A DNA stretch of 64,000 nt. Origin: a candidate division FCPU426 bacterium (GTDB lineage: Bacteria; Oederibacteriota; Muellerivitia; Muellerivitales; Muellerivitaceae). The stretch spans positions 1-64,000 of the forward strand of contig CAVYSE010000017.1 in the NCBI GenBank assembly GCA_963771075.1, in the 5' to 3' direction. Position numbers and translations under genes: made by a program. Every line of letters begins with the position of its first letter. Positions within the stretch are counted from its first letter, which is position 1. Below the pieces are notes generated by a model. That model saw only the letters and a program-made list of their open reading frames with translations, was not told the origin of the DNA and ran no database searches. This document shows positions 11,148-21,589 of this stretch, one piece after another.

Positions 11148-11536
11148 TCCATTACTTTAGACAGGTTCAAACACTTTAATTCTAAAAATTCTCACTTCCG
11201 GATCAAAACTCCGAGCAAACTTTCATCTAAAAACTATGCAATTTGTTTGCCATTACAAAGTTTTAAAACTTTTCAAAAAAGGGCTTTTTTAAAGGTTTTT
11301 TACCCAATTCAAATAGATTCTAGATACCAAACGTCAGTTTTTGGGATTTAAGTAGGGAAAACGATAAATATTTTACTATTAAAACCCAATGATTTTACGT
11401 TTTCATGGACTTTCATGAAAAAATTTACACATTGTTTCCGAAAGATGGGGAAATGGGGTGGTGACTGTAAATAGGTTGACCGGTTGGGGCTTATCCTCTC
11501 CCAAGTAAGCCAAACGAGGAAGAATTTTGCGTCAAT

Positions 11537-11714
11537 GACTCAACTTTGGCATATTTTGGGGTCGTTCTAATTTTCCCCCTCTGAAAGAGGGGGACTAAGG
11601 GGGAGTTAGTATTTTTAAACCCCATCGACAACGTCTAATACCCCCCTTTCCCCCTTTTTTAAAGGGGGAATAGTTATAGCCAACCTGCTATTAGGAATTT
11701 GCCAAAGTAGAGTC
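11537..11714. mobile_element. MITE-like element (178 bp)
   Basis: Terminal IR GACTCAACTTTGGCATATT / AATTTGCCAAAGTAGAGTC (17/19), flanking AAT duplication, internal CCCCCT...AGGGGG hairpins. Confidence 0.7.
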
Positions 11715-12569
11715 AATGAACTGTTATCGTCCCTTATCCCCCAGCATTTCCTTGACTAAGTCCATAACTTTTTCAGGTGTTATTTTAGTGAGACATTCCT
11801 GATGGGTATGGCTTCCCTCTTTGGCTTGAGGGGGAAAGGGACATTGATTGAGATCACAGGGGCCGCAATCCAAAAAATGTTGAAGGTACCGATGCCGGAA
11901 ATCACCCGGTTTGACCCAACCTATTCCCCAATGGGGACCACAGAGGGTGAGGCTTGGTATCCCCACTGCTTGGGCCAAATGCTGGGGGGTCCCATCATTT
12001 CCGATCAAAAGATCCAATCGTTCAATAAAAGCCGCGGCTTGCAAAAGATTTGTTTCGGGCATTACACGCACCACCGATTCTAACCCAGAAGCAATTTCAC
12101 GGATCAAATCCCTGTCTTGAGGACCTCCGATTAAAACAGGTCGGGCTCCCAATTCATCGTTTAAAACCCCAACCAACCGACGCCAATAGGAACCAGGCCA
12201 CCTCTTGGATGGCCAAGTTCCGGTTGGGTTCAAACCGATGCGGGGTCCTTTTTCGCTCCACTGGGCTTTCGTGAACAATTCCTCCGCCCATTGCTTTTCC
12301 CCGTCAAAAAAGAGTTCGGTTTGGTTACCCTCATCCGGAACACCGAGGGCCCGGATTAAATCCAGGTTCACTTCAACTTGATACTTTCGAACCGTATTTT
12401 TAGGGATGGGATGGGTAAAGGCCCATTGGCGAAATCGAAACGCGTAACCCGCCCTCAAAGGGGCGCCTGTGGCCAGGGTCAACCAGGCGGAACGGGGTTC
12501 CGCCGCCAAGTCCAACACCCAATCAAAATGGGTCTGGCGCAATTTCCAAAGAAAGGACAAGGTATCCCC
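11712..12569. repeat. 858-bp direct repeat, copy B
   Basis: Matches 3518-4375. Confidence 0.95.
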
Positions 12570-12779
12570 CGGGGAACCGGATTTCGGGGGTAGAACCCAA
12601 ACTTTTTTCAAGCGGGGATTATTTCGAAGCAGGGGAGCGCAAAAATCCCGTGTCAAAAAATGCAGTTCTGTTTCCGGAAAATGTTTTTGGAGAGCCCTCA
12701 TCAGCGGGGTGGAAAGCAGCACATCCCCAATGCCCTTGAGACGAATCAGAAGAATCCGGGCAGGCGGGGATAAGGCCAT
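11724..12779 (-). CDS. Glycosyltransferase family 9 (heptosyltransferase-like)
   Basis: ILLIRLKGIGDVLL, KRWP, GNDGTPQHLA, C-terminal CxPC motif. Confidence 0.9.
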   Translation of the reverse strand: MALSPPARILLIRLKGIGDVLLSTPLMRALQKHFPETELHFLTRDFCAPLLRNNPRLKKVWVLPPKSGSPGDTLSFLWKLRQTHFDWVLDLAAEPRSAWLTLATGAPLRAGYAFRFRQWAFTHPIPKNTVRKYQVEVNLDLIRALGVPDEGNQTELFFDGEKQWAEELFTKAQWSEKGPRIGLNPTGTWPSKRWPGSYWRRLVGVLNDELGARPVLIGGPQDRDLIREIASGLESVVRVMPETNLLQAAAFIERLDLLIGNDGTPQHLAQAVGIPSLTLCGPHWGIGWVKPGDFRHRYLQHFLDCGPCDLNQCPFPPQAKEGSHTHQECLTKITPEKVMDLVKEMLGDKGR

Positions 12780-12780
12780 C

Positions 12781-13698
12781 TTATTTAACGAGGGTCAACC
12801 ACTCGAACCGGTCCGGCGTCTCGCCGTGGAGAATGTCGAAAAAGGCTTTTTGCACCCGCTCGGTGACAGGGCCCCTTTTCCCCTCTCCAATGGGGATATT
12901 ATCAATCTTGGCGACCGGCACGATCTCGGCGGCTGTCCCACTTAAGAAGACTTCGTCAGCGATGTATAGGCTTTCCCGGGGCAAAACCTGTTGACGGATT
13001 TCTATGCCCAATTCCCGGGCCAGGACAAAAAGAGAATGGCGGGTAATCCCCGCCAGGATGGATGAGTTGGAAGGCGGAGTAAAGATGACTCCGTTCTTCA
13101 CGATAAAAACATTCTCACCCGAACCTTCCGAAACATAACCGTAATGGTCCAACGCGATGCCCTCGTCAAAACCATCCTGAGATGCTTCCATTTTAATGAG
13201 TTGGGAATTGAGGTAATTTCCTCCCGCCTTGGCGAGTGTGGGAAAGGTGTTCGGGGCCGGTCGGTGCCAGGAGGAAATCCTAACGGATATGCCCTTGGTC
13301 AACGATTCCTCCCCCAAATAAGCCCCCCAGGCCCAGGCCGCGATCACCGAATGCAATGGGTTGTTCAAGGGGTATACCCCCACCGATCCATAACCCCTGA
13401 AAACAACGGGACGGATGTAACATTCCTTTAGTTTGTTTTCTTTGACCACCTTAAGGATCGCCTGGTTGAACTGTTTCTTGGTATAGGGTATTTCCATTCG
13501 ATAAATCTTGGCCGAGTCGTAAAGTCGGTCCACATGGGCCTCCAGGCGGAAAACGGAAGGCCCCTGGGGAGCGTTATAACAACGGATCCCCTCAAAAACG
13601 CTGGAGCCGTAATGGACCACGTGGGACATGACATGGATGTTGGCCTTTTTCCAATCGACCATTTTTCCGTCAAACCAGATCTTTCCTTTTCCGAACAA
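12781..13698 (-). CDS. ilvE: Branched-chain amino acid aminotransferase
   Basis: HYGSSVFEGIR, KAGGNY, EGSGEN, ILAGITR, GTAAE motifs. Confidence 0.95.
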   Translation of the reverse strand: MFGKGKIWFDGKMVDWKKANIHVMSHVVHYGSSVFEGIRCYNAPQGPSVFRLEAHVDRLYDSAKIYRMEIPYTKKQFNQAILKVVKENKLKECYIRPVVFRGYGSVGVYPLNNPLHSVIAAWAWGAYLGEESLTKGISVRISSWHRPAPNTFPTLAKAGGNYLNSQLIKMEASQDGFDEGIALDHYGYVSEGSGENVFIVKNGVIFTPPSNSSILAGITRHSLFVLARELGIEIRQQVLPRESLYIADEVFLSGTAAEIVPVAKIDNIPIGEGKRGPVTERVQKAFFDILHGETPDRFEWLTLVK

Positions 13699-13826
13699 GG
13701 GGGACTCCTCATCAAGGGGTTAAAAAGTGGCGTCATTATAAGGAGAAAGCCCATGGAGTAAAAGAAAACCGGCAAAACCTTGGGGGTTGGGGAACGCCCA
13801 AAAGAAGGCTCCGCAACTTCGGAAAA

Positions 13827-14864
13827 CTAGCCCCCCCACCTTTCTTTGACCATCTCCAAGGCCGTCTGGGCCACTTCTTTCACTCCCAAATCCTTCATAC
13901 AGGCCATGAGGGGGCATTGTTCCAAGCCACAATGGGAACAGGAAACCTCATGGTAGGCGGTCCGATGGGGGGCCTCATAGGGGAACCAGATATCGGGTTC
14001 CCCGGGCCCGAATATTCCCAGGGTGGGAGTACCCACAGCCGGCCCAATGTGCATGGGCCCCGAATCATTCGCGATCAACAGGTCTGCTCCAGAGATAAAG
14101 GCAACCAATCCCCGGAGCGATGGCTGGTTGATGAAAAGCCAGTTCTTACCCATCCGATCCTCGAAACCACGAGCCAAATCCTTCTCCTTAGGGCCAAAGA
14201 CAAAAACAGGCCGCAAACCATCCCTTTCCAGTAAGTGCGCCAGCTCGATGAATTTATCCAAGGGCCAAAGTTTCGCGGGCCAACTGCCCCCCGGCGAGAA
14301 AACCGCCGCCCTTTCATTCGGTCCAATTCGGGCTCTTTCCCAAACTTTTCGGACCTGATCTTTTTCTTCTTCGGATACGAAAAGTTCCGTTTGGTAGGTT
14401 CCCGTAAAGGAAACCCCTAACATCCGGACCTGGTCCATATAAGCTTCGGTCACCTTTCTTCGGCCGGACGGACCGGGTTGGGAGGAGGGAACCGCGATTC
14501 GATTGTAAGCCCAGGACCTTCCCCTTCCCTCGAACCCCACCCGGATTTCCGCGCCGCTGAAATAAGTCATCCTGGCCGTGCGGGGATTGCCAAACAGGTC
14601 CAGGACCGCGTCGAAACGCTGTCGGCGAATTTCCCGCCCCAGCCGCCAAAGGGAGATGGGATTGTTCTTTTTCGCCGGGTCCAAGGGCACTATCCCGGCG
14701 ATTCCCGTATGGTGATTGAAAACATCCGCGTAGGGACTTTCCGTCAGGAACCATACTTCCACCTTCGGATCGGCCGAACGCAAAACGCTTGGGAGGCCCG
14801 AGGCGAGGATCACATCCCCCAAAAAACGCGGGCGTAGAAGGAGGATTTTTCTTGGATATCCCAT
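13827..14864 (-). CDS. Glycosyltransferase family 9
   Basis: LRPRFLGDV, AKLWP, NDSGPMH, GIFGP. Confidence 0.9.
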   Translation of the reverse strand: MGYPRKILLLRPRFLGDVILASGLPSVLRSADPKVEVWFLTESPYADVFNHHTGIAGIVPLDPAKKNNPISLWRLGREIRRQRFDAVLDLFGNPRTARMTYFSGAEIRVGFEGRGRSWAYNRIAVPSSQPGPSGRRKVTEAYMDQVRMLGVSFTGTYQTELFVSEEEKDQVRKVWERARIGPNERAAVFSPGGSWPAKLWPLDKFIELAHLLERDGLRPVFVFGPKEKDLARGFEDRMGKNWLFINQPSLRGLVAFISGADLLIANDSGPMHIGPAVGTPTLGIFGPGEPDIWFPYEAPHRTAYHEVSCSHCGLEQCPLMACMKDLGVKEVAQTALEMVKERWGG

Positions 14865-15914
14865 TCAAAAAACCACGGTTCGTTTTAATAATTGTTTTAA
14901 AGCCTGGAGAACCGCGTCCGGTTCCAAGGTCCTCAGGCATTCGTGCTTTTTCTCCACGCAAATGGAAAGGCCGCAGGGCCGGCAGGAAACTTTTCTCAAG
15001 ACGATCGGATGACGGTTTTCCCCGTAAGGATGCCATCGGCTGGCCGACTCGGGCCCCCAAACCGTCAGGGTGGGCGTGCCCACAGCGGCGGCCAGGTGCC
15101 GCGGGCCAGAATCAACGCTCACCAATGCCAGGGCTTTCTGGTAAAGCCCCATGAGAGGCGTCACCTGGCTTCCACCGTAAACAGGAAATTCCTTACCCAG
15201 GGTTTTAAAAATCCGGCTCAAGCCGGGTTTTTCCAGCGGAGCGCAGGTGGCGAAAACCTTGATTCCGTTCTTGGAAAGATCGCCGATCAAGGCCGCCCAT
15301 TTCTCGGGATACCATTCCTTGCTCTCGCAACTGGCAAAGGGGTTGATCGCTACCACCGGATCCTGCACCTCGAAGCGGTTGGCTTTCCAGAACGTCTCGG
15401 CGAAAACCTTGGCTTCCAACGGCACGGGGAAAAAACCATCCGACCGGTCATGGGACTGGGGTACAACGCCAACAAGCTCCAAAACCCTCCGGTCCAATTC
15501 GACGGCGGAAACTTTCAATTCGTCTTCGGCCTTCGCGGCCCATTGATAAAAACGGCGGATCGAGGGCAGGCCCAAACCCACCATGAATCCCGGCTTGGCC
15601 CTGGCGATCAACTGGGCGCTTCGATGGGCCGCCGAAAGGTCGATGGCTAGGTCAAACCTTCTTTTTTTCATGGCCGAAACTAACCGGTGGTTTTTCAGGG
15701 CACGCGTAAAAAAATTTTGCCTGTCGATGAAACCCCGGTGGTAGGTCAAGATTTCGTTCACCCATCCCGAATGGCGGTATAACTCATGCGCCGGGGGCTG
15801 GAGGAGGGCCGTGATCCACGCCTTGGGAAAGGCCTGCCGGACGGCCTCAAAACAGGCCCCTGCCAGTATGCTGTCTCCCAGCGGCCTTAATTTCGCCACG
15901 AGTATCCTTTTCAT
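14865..15914 (-). CDS. Glycosyltransferase family 9
   Basis: KLRPLGDS, DSGPRHLAAA, CRPC. Confidence 0.9.
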   Translation of the reverse strand: MKRILVAKLRPLGDSILAGACFEAVRQAFPKAWITALLQPPAHELYRHSGWVNEILTYHRGFIDRQNFFTRALKNHRLVSAMKKRRFDLAIDLSAAHRSAQLIARAKPGFMVGLGLPSIRRFYQWAAKAEDELKVSAVELDRRVLELVGVVPQSHDRSDGFFPVPLEAKVFAETFWKANRFEVQDPVVAINPFASCESKEWYPEKWAALIGDLSKNGIKVFATCAPLEKPGLSRIFKTLGKEFPVYGGSQVTPLMGLYQKALALVSVDSGPRHLAAAVGTPTLTVWGPESASRWHPYGENRHPIVLRKVSCRPCGLSICVEKKHECLRTLEPDAVLQALKQLLKRTVVF

Positions 15915-17005
15915 CGCCCCAATCCTTTCGGAACCCCCAACCCAGTCACCTTTTCCTTCGCCGAAAGCCTTTTTTGGATTTCAGCGTAAACCTCACCCAC
16001 TGTGATTTCCCTTAAACAAGGGTATCCGATAGGACAGGTTTTCTGGAAGCAGGGACTGCACTCCAAACTTTTGTAAATGACGGAATGACCCTTTCCGAAA
16101 GGACTGGTCCAGAGGGGTGAGGTGGAGCCAAAGATCGCCACCACCGGGGTCCGGTTCGCCGCCGCCAAGTGCATGGGGCCCGAATCGTTGGTAACGAGCA
16201 GCCTGGAACGGGAAAGTAAGGCGGATAGAACCGGCACTTCGGTTTCACCCGCCAGAATTAAAACGCGCTTCCCTTCCACCTTACCCAGACCTTCCCGAAT
16301 GGGTTCAAAAGAAGCCTTTTCCTCCCTTGTGCCTAGCACGACCAGGGTTTCCTTTCGCCGGGCCAGCAAAAGTCTCAGGAGCGCCTTCCAATTTTCCAGA
16401 GGCCATCGTTTAGCGGGACCATAGGTCGCACCCGGGCCGAGGGCGATGATTCCCTTGGCCCCTGTTTTACCCAGTAGACGGACCGCCTCTTTTTCCGCGG
16501 AAGTATCCTTGCCAGACTCCAATAAGAAGTATTGAGCGGAGGATTTCCGTTGAAAGGCCCGATGAACGAGATCCAAGTAATCCCAAACCAGGTGGATTTT
16601 CCTGTCCATTTCATGGTCGAGGGCTTGGGTTAAAAACCAATCTCGGCCCTCGGCACTCCAACCCAACCTGACTGGGATTTGGGCCGCAAAAAGCAAAAAC
16701 GCTGAGGAAAGGGAGGATGGAAAGGTCAGCGCCGCGTCAAACCCTTCCGCCCGAAGGGCAGCGGCCTGTTTCCAAATATCCCGAAACCCACCCGTGGGAG
16801 AGACCAGGACCCTGTCCATCCCGGGAATGCCGGACCAAAACTTTTCCAGGCGGGAATGGGCGAGAAGGGTGATCCTGGACTTGGGAAAGAGATTACGGAT
16901 TTCCCGCACTGCGGGGGTTGCCATCACTGAATCCCCCAGCCAGTTGGGGACACGAATTAAAAGGTTGGTATAGCCGGGCTGGGAGATTGAAGATTCGATT
17001 CGCAC
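15911..17005 (-). CDS. waaF: LPS heptosyltransferase II
   Basis: RVPNWLGDSVM, PGATYGPAKRWP, NDSGPMHLAAA, FGSTSP. Confidence 0.85.
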   Translation of the reverse strand: MRIESSISQPGYTNLLIRVPNWLGDSVMATPAVREIRNLFPKSRITLLAHSRLEKFWSGIPGMDRVLVSPTGGFRDIWKQAAALRAEGFDAALTFPSSLSSAFLLFAAQIPVRLGWSAEGRDWFLTQALDHEMDRKIHLVWDYLDLVHRAFQRKSSAQYFLLESGKDTSAEKEAVRLLGKTGAKGIIALGPGATYGPAKRWPLENWKALLRLLLARRKETLVVLGTREEKASFEPIREGLGKVEGKRVLILAGETEVPVLSALLSRSRLLVTNDSGPMHLAAANRTPVVAIFGSTSPLWTSPFGKGHSVIYKSLECSPCFQKTCPIGYPCLREITVGEVYAEIQKRLSAKEKVTGLGVPKGLGR

Positions 17006-17102
17006 CCCACGTATTTTAGATATTCTTGGGGGCTTTCGTAAGCCCCTTCATTAGAAAGGGAACCCGGTATGCGGCACCTTAAATCCTCTTACACAGGGAC
17101 CA

Positions 17103-18032
17103 TCAGGAGGGATCGGCCGACGGGAAAACATCATAAGGCTGGTATTGGTTTGAGGTTTTAAGGTTTTTCGTTTTAATGGGAACCCAAGCCCCCAGGTCCG
17201 ACCAAAGGTCGGCTAAATTGCCCTTAATATCCGAAATCACGCCCTGAGGTTTGAGCGAACAATCGCCAATTAACTCCTCCAAGGTTTCATCCCCTCGAAG
17301 GAAAATCGGCTCCTCGGCTAGGTCAAGGGATGAGTAATAATCGTCAAATTTGAACCGTCCCCCGGTGATCCCGTTGGATGAGATCCACGCGTTGGGGATT
17401 CCCAAGGAATCCGCTACGATCAAACCGTGGAGCGTGGAGGATATGACATACTCGCATTGGTCGATAAGCCCGACCACTTTTTGGGGATAGTCCATGATGT
17501 CAATCAGAAGGGTCCGGCCGTCCAAACCCGACATCAATTGGGCATAGACCGGTTTATGATGGTCGATGTAATGGGGTACGACGCCTAACCGGTATTTTTT
17601 TCTTTTTCTTTCAGGGAAAACCAAGGAAGTCAATAAACCCGGGTCGCCCAAGGCCACTTCATCTCCCCGGCCCAAGCGGGCCCTCGTCAATTTGCCCCTA
17701 ACCGCCAGGATATGGGCCTTGGGGAAAAAACGTTGGGGGCCCGCCCCAATAAAACCAGAACCCATGATAACGCCGTCGTAGTCCAGGGGTAATTGTTCCA
17801 GGATACTTCCCGCCGCGGCCAGCCTGGCCTCTTGGGGAGAGGATGGAATCGGGAAATAACCGTAATGCCTGACCAGATGGGGGGTCACTAGGTCGCCCAA
17901 GTTGAAATTACCCCGCCACCAATAGGCGGGAATGGATCTTCCCCGCAGAGAGCCTTCAAGTCGCCAAAGAAAGTAATGAAAACTTTGAATTCTTTTACGA
18001 AAGGAAGTAAATATCTTTTTAGGGTTACCCAT
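17103..18032 (-). CDS. Polysaccharide pyruvyltransferase family (ExoV-like)
   Basis: NLGD, AVRGKLT, GDPGLL, VPHY, SSTLHGLIVADSLGIP, FKFDDYY. Confidence 0.85.
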   Translation of the reverse strand: MGNPKKIFTSFRKRIQSFHYFLWRLEGSLRGRSIPAYWWRGNFNLGDLVTPHLVRHYGYFPIPSSPQEARLAAAGSILEQLPLDYDGVIMGSGFIGAGPQRFFPKAHILAVRGKLTRARLGRGDEVALGDPGLLTSLVFPERKRKKYRLGVVPHYIDHHKPVYAQLMSGLDGRTLLIDIMDYPQKVVGLIDQCEYVISSTLHGLIVADSLGIPNAWISSNGITGGRFKFDDYYSSLDLAEEPIFLRGDETLEELIGDCSLKPQGVISDIKGNLADLWSDLGAWVPIKTKNLKTSNQYQPYDVFPSADPS

Positions 18033-18211
18033 GAGGAATTCGTTTCAAAAAAAGTTTTTACCTTTAACCATTTAAAACCGCAAAATTCGACGTAAGTTAA
18101 ATTTACGCGGAATTCACTTTAAATAATAACACTTATTTAGACGTGCATCATTTCCAATTGTTATGAATTTCCTTAAAAAAGATTTTTTAATCAACGGCTG
18201 AAATGTTTTTA

Positions 18212-19369
18212 TTAGTTGGAAAGAACATATTTATATATTTTTTCTAATTTCCGGCTTAGTTGATAGGAGGGAAATCGTTCAACGGCTTGTTCCCGAACTT
18301 CTTTTCGCAAGTGTGATTGCGGTTTTTCTTTCCATTTCAACAACAATTCCGCCAATTCCCTCGCTGAACCGGACGAAAATATTCTTCTACCATCACCGAT
18401 TACTTCGGGTATCGCCCCACAATCCGAACCCAGAGCCGGAAGCCCACAGGCCATGGCTTCCGCCAAAACATAACCAAACTGTTCCTGTTGCCTTTTTTCT
18501 TTCCGGCTCGGGAGAACAAGGATATTGGACGATCGGTAATAGCGGGGCATCTGATCGTAGGGTACAAAACCAGCTAAATGGACTTCACTTGAAAGCCCTT
18601 TCTCAACAATCCACTTTCCCACCCCCTCCTCATCCCTTCCTACAAGCAGGTAATGAAACCGACTATCCCGGTTTTTCAGGCTTAAAGCCGCCTCTAAAAG
18701 GTCAAAGACTCCCTTGCTACGGGACAACCTTCCGACATAAAGAACCACGTAGCTCCCTTTCGGGATTCCCAGGTTTTCCAGAAGTTCCAGGTCCGGTTTA
18801 CCCGGAGAAAAGTGGTGTACATCGACGGCTCCGGAAAGCCGGATAATCTTGTCATCAGGGACAGCCTCCTTCAAAAGGGCTTGGCGGGACAACTCCGACA
18901 TGGCCAAGAATAGGTCTGCCTCTTGCCGAACGGTCGCTTTAATGTGTCTTTCCATGAATTTTTCTTCGTTGTGATGGGGGATATTTTCCCATTGGCTGAC
19001 AATCAACTTCCCTCCGTATTTCCTTTTGGCAAGGGCCGCCTCATAACTAAAACAGAAAAACTGGTCCATGACATGGTAAAGATCAAACCCCTTTAACCGG
19101 TCCAACAAGCCGCAGAAACTGTGGGTATTTCCTGTGGTTGCGTCCCGGAGGGCCTGCCATTTTCGTTTTTCCCGTTCAAAAAGGGTGTGGCCCTGGATGG
19201 GACACCATAGCTTTTCTTGGTGGATTTGGATGGACGAGGTATCCATATAGGTCTGGTGGGGGACAAAAGCCACTATATCCATTTTTTCCCGTAAGGGTTC
19301 ATAGGACTGCATTTCATAGGAGTTGAGGAGGGGTCCGCGAAGAAGCGCGATCCGGGGTTTGCGCTTCAT
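18212..19369 (-). CDS. Glycosyltransferase family 4
   Basis: YVGRL..KG and EQFGYVLAEAMACG; start moved to MKRKPR, which gives an ATGA overlap. Confidence 0.9.
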   Translation of the reverse strand: MKRKPRIALLRGPLLNSYEMQSYEPLREKMDIVAFVPHQTYMDTSSIQIHQEKLWCPIQGHTLFEREKRKWQALRDATTGNTHSFCGLLDRLKGFDLYHVMDQFFCFSYEAALAKRKYGGKLIVSQWENIPHHNEEKFMERHIKATVRQEADLFLAMSELSRQALLKEAVPDDKIIRLSGAVDVHHFSPGKPDLELLENLGIPKGSYVVLYVGRLSRSKGVFDLLEAALSLKNRDSRFHYLLVGRDEEGVGKWIVEKGLSSEVHLAGFVPYDQMPRYYRSSNILVLPSRKEKRQQEQFGYVLAEAMACGLPALGSDCGAIPEVIGDGRRIFSSGSARELAELLLKWKEKPQSHLRKEVREQAVERFPSYQLSRKLEKIYKYVLSN

Positions 19370-20442
19370 CGGCTCCTCCGCAACGACCGCTTCACCGCGC
19401 CTTCGGCCAAATCCACCGTCAAATCTTCCATGCACTTGAAATGCCCCCGGGGGCAGGAAGACTTTCCGTGTATGTCGCAGGGTCGGCAATCCAGTCCCGC
19501 CACCTCCACCACCGAATGAGGGCCCCAAGGCTCAAAGCCAAGAGCCGGGGTCGTGGAGCCATAAAGCACCACCACCCGGCATCCCCGGCCGGAGGCCAGG
19601 TGGGTCAGCCCCGAATCGTTGCCGATAAAAAGCTCGCATCGCGAAAGTAAAGCCATGCTTTGTTCGAGGGAGAAATGTTCAGGAACGCACAATCCCCTTT
19701 CCAGGGTGGTTCCCCTCATCCGGGCCTGGATTCGGTGGATCAAGGATATCTCATCCGGGCTTCCAAACCAGAAAAGCTGGCAACGGTAATCCTCCACCAA
19801 ACGGGACCCCAATTCGGCATAACGCTCCCAACCCCAGCGTTTGGTGGCCCATTTGGCCCCCGGTCCCAGACCCACCACGATTTGGGTCGAGGAAATTTTT
19901 CGTCGCTCCATATACTCCCGTAAAAAGGATTGGCTCTTTTTGGGGGCGTAAATCTCGAAGTCCACCCTCGAGGAAGGCTTTACGCCAAGGGGTTCAAGGA
20001 TTTTCAAATATTTAAGGATGGTGTGAAGGCTCTCTGCCCCGCCTACCTTGCGCACCAGAAAACGCCGTTGGAGGGCCTGCTTGTCGTACACCAATATTTT
20101 AGCTTTTCGAAGGAACAGGGATGCCAAATGGGAACGGAGGGAATCGTGAATATCAAGGACCAAAGTGGGCTGAAGTTCCCGCAATCGGGACAAATGGCGG
20201 ACAAAAGCCCCGAATCCCTTTTCCTCCAGTGGAATCACCCCACTTAACCCCGGATGGGCCGCCACAACGGGTACATAGGCCTTTTTAGTAGCGAAGTAAA
20301 TTTCCGACTGGGGCCAAACCTGCCAAATACGGTCCAAAAGCGGATTGGCCAAGGCCACGTCCCCCAGGGAGGAATATCGGAGGATAAGGATTTTTTTATG
20401 TATTTCCTCCGCGGCAAGGGAAGGCGAGTTTTTGGGGTTCAT
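19366..20442 (-). CDS. Glycosyltransferase family 9
   Basis: ILRYSSLGDV, PGAKWATKRW, NDSGLTHLA, CRPC. Confidence 0.9.
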   Translation of the reverse strand: MNPKNSPSLAAEEIHKKILILRYSSLGDVALANPLLDRIWQVWPQSEIYFATKKAYVPVVAAHPGLSGVIPLEEKGFGAFVRHLSRLRELQPTLVLDIHDSLRSHLASLFLRKAKILVYDKQALQRRFLVRKVGGAESLHTILKYLKILEPLGVKPSSRVDFEIYAPKKSQSFLREYMERRKISSTQIVVGLGPGAKWATKRWGWERYAELGSRLVEDYRCQLFWFGSPDEISLIHRIQARMRGTTLERGLCVPEHFSLEQSMALLSRCELFIGNDSGLTHLASGRGCRVVVLYGSTTPALGFEPWGPHSVVEVAGLDCRPCDIHGKSSCPRGHFKCMEDLTVDLAEGAVKRSLRRSR

Positions 20443-21578
20443 TCGGACTCAACCCGGGTTTTAGGCGGCGAGCAGGCCAGGGAGATATTCTTTAAGACCA
20501 AGTCCCAATGGTTCTTGCCGCCGGTCACCCGCCAATGAATGTCGAGGACAAGAATGGGAATCTCCGGTTTGAAATTTTTCGGCAGTTTGACCGCATCCTT
20601 CTGCGTCGTGACCAAACATCCCAGTCCCCTCATCTTGGCGTCCCTCAGGATCTCGTCCAATTTCTCCCGGGTATAGGGATAGTGGTCCCGCAGGGTATAG
20701 GCGTGGCGTACCAGGACTTTGAACTCAGCCAAGGTGCGAATAAAGGAAAGGGGATTGGCCACCCCCGAAAAGGCCCCGACCGACAGGCGATCCAGGGTTC
20801 CGGGCCGGACCTCCTTGCCTGTTTCCAAATTCCGCAAATGCGACGGATGATAGCCGGATTCCACCAGGAACGCCCTTGGGTTGTGATGGCGCAATACCGT
20901 TTTGATATCCTCCGGGCTGCGAGCCTGATTGGCCTTGTTCAGGACCAGCACATCGGCCTCCGCCAGGGCTCCGAGGGGCTCCCTCAAAAGCCCCGCCGGC
21001 AAAACCCATCCGGTCGAAAAAGGATTGAGACCATCAACGATAAGAATGTCAAGGTCCCTGTGTAATTGGAAACGGCGTTGAAACCCGTCATCCAGGATGA
21101 TCAGGTCGGGGCGAAAGGATCGAAGAACCTCCTGTCCCACCCGATAACGGTCCGCGCCCACCACCACCGCGGCCCGGGGGCAGTTTTGGGCGATCAGGAC
21201 CGGTTCGTCCCCTCCCTCCTCAGGAGAGGCTAACAGCTTTTCCCCATCCGAAACCCAGACGAGTGATTTTCCACCGGCTTTACGCCGATATCCCCGGCTG
21301 AGGACCGCCACCCTTTTGCCTTCCGCGCAAAAATGCCGGGCTAAGGCGATCACGACCGGCGTCTTACCCGTCCCACCGGTGGACAAATTCCCGACACTGA
21401 TGACCGGGCAGCCCAAACGTTTGCGGGAGATAAATCCAGAGCGAAAAGCGGTTTTTCGAACCCACCAACCGGCCAGGTAGGCGAACGAAAACATTTTGAG
21501 CATGTTGACAAAAGCCCTCTGCGTCCAATGGCGGGGCTTTTCATGAAGAAATTTAATGTAAAGGGTTTCCAGGTCCAT
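20439..21578 (-). CDS. lpxK: Tetraacyldisaccharide 4'-kinase
   Basis: [34 protein letters not shown]. Confidence 0.95.
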   Translation of the reverse strand: MDLETLYIKFLHEKPRHWTQRAFVNMLKMFSFAYLAGWWVRKTAFRSGFISRKRLGCPVISVGNLSTGGTGKTPVVIALARHFCAEGKRVAVLSRGYRRKAGGKSLVWVSDGEKLLASPEEGGDEPVLIAQNCPRAAVVVGADRYRVGQEVLRSFRPDLIILDDGFQRRFQLHRDLDILIVDGLNPFSTGWVLPAGLLREPLGALAEADVLVLNKANQARSPEDIKTVLRHHNPRAFLVESGYHPSHLRNLETGKEVRPGTLDRLSVGAFSGVANPLSFIRTLAEFKVLVRHAYTLRDHYPYTREKLDEILRDAKMRGLGCLVTTQKDAVKLPKNFKPEIPILVLDIHWRVTGGKNHWDLVLKNISLACSPPKTRVESE

Positions 21579-21589
21579 GGGTATCCGGT

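Noticed and set aside
13735..13765. TATAAT upstream of ilvE as a promoter
   Set aside because: The -35 match and spacing are poor, so it was not called.
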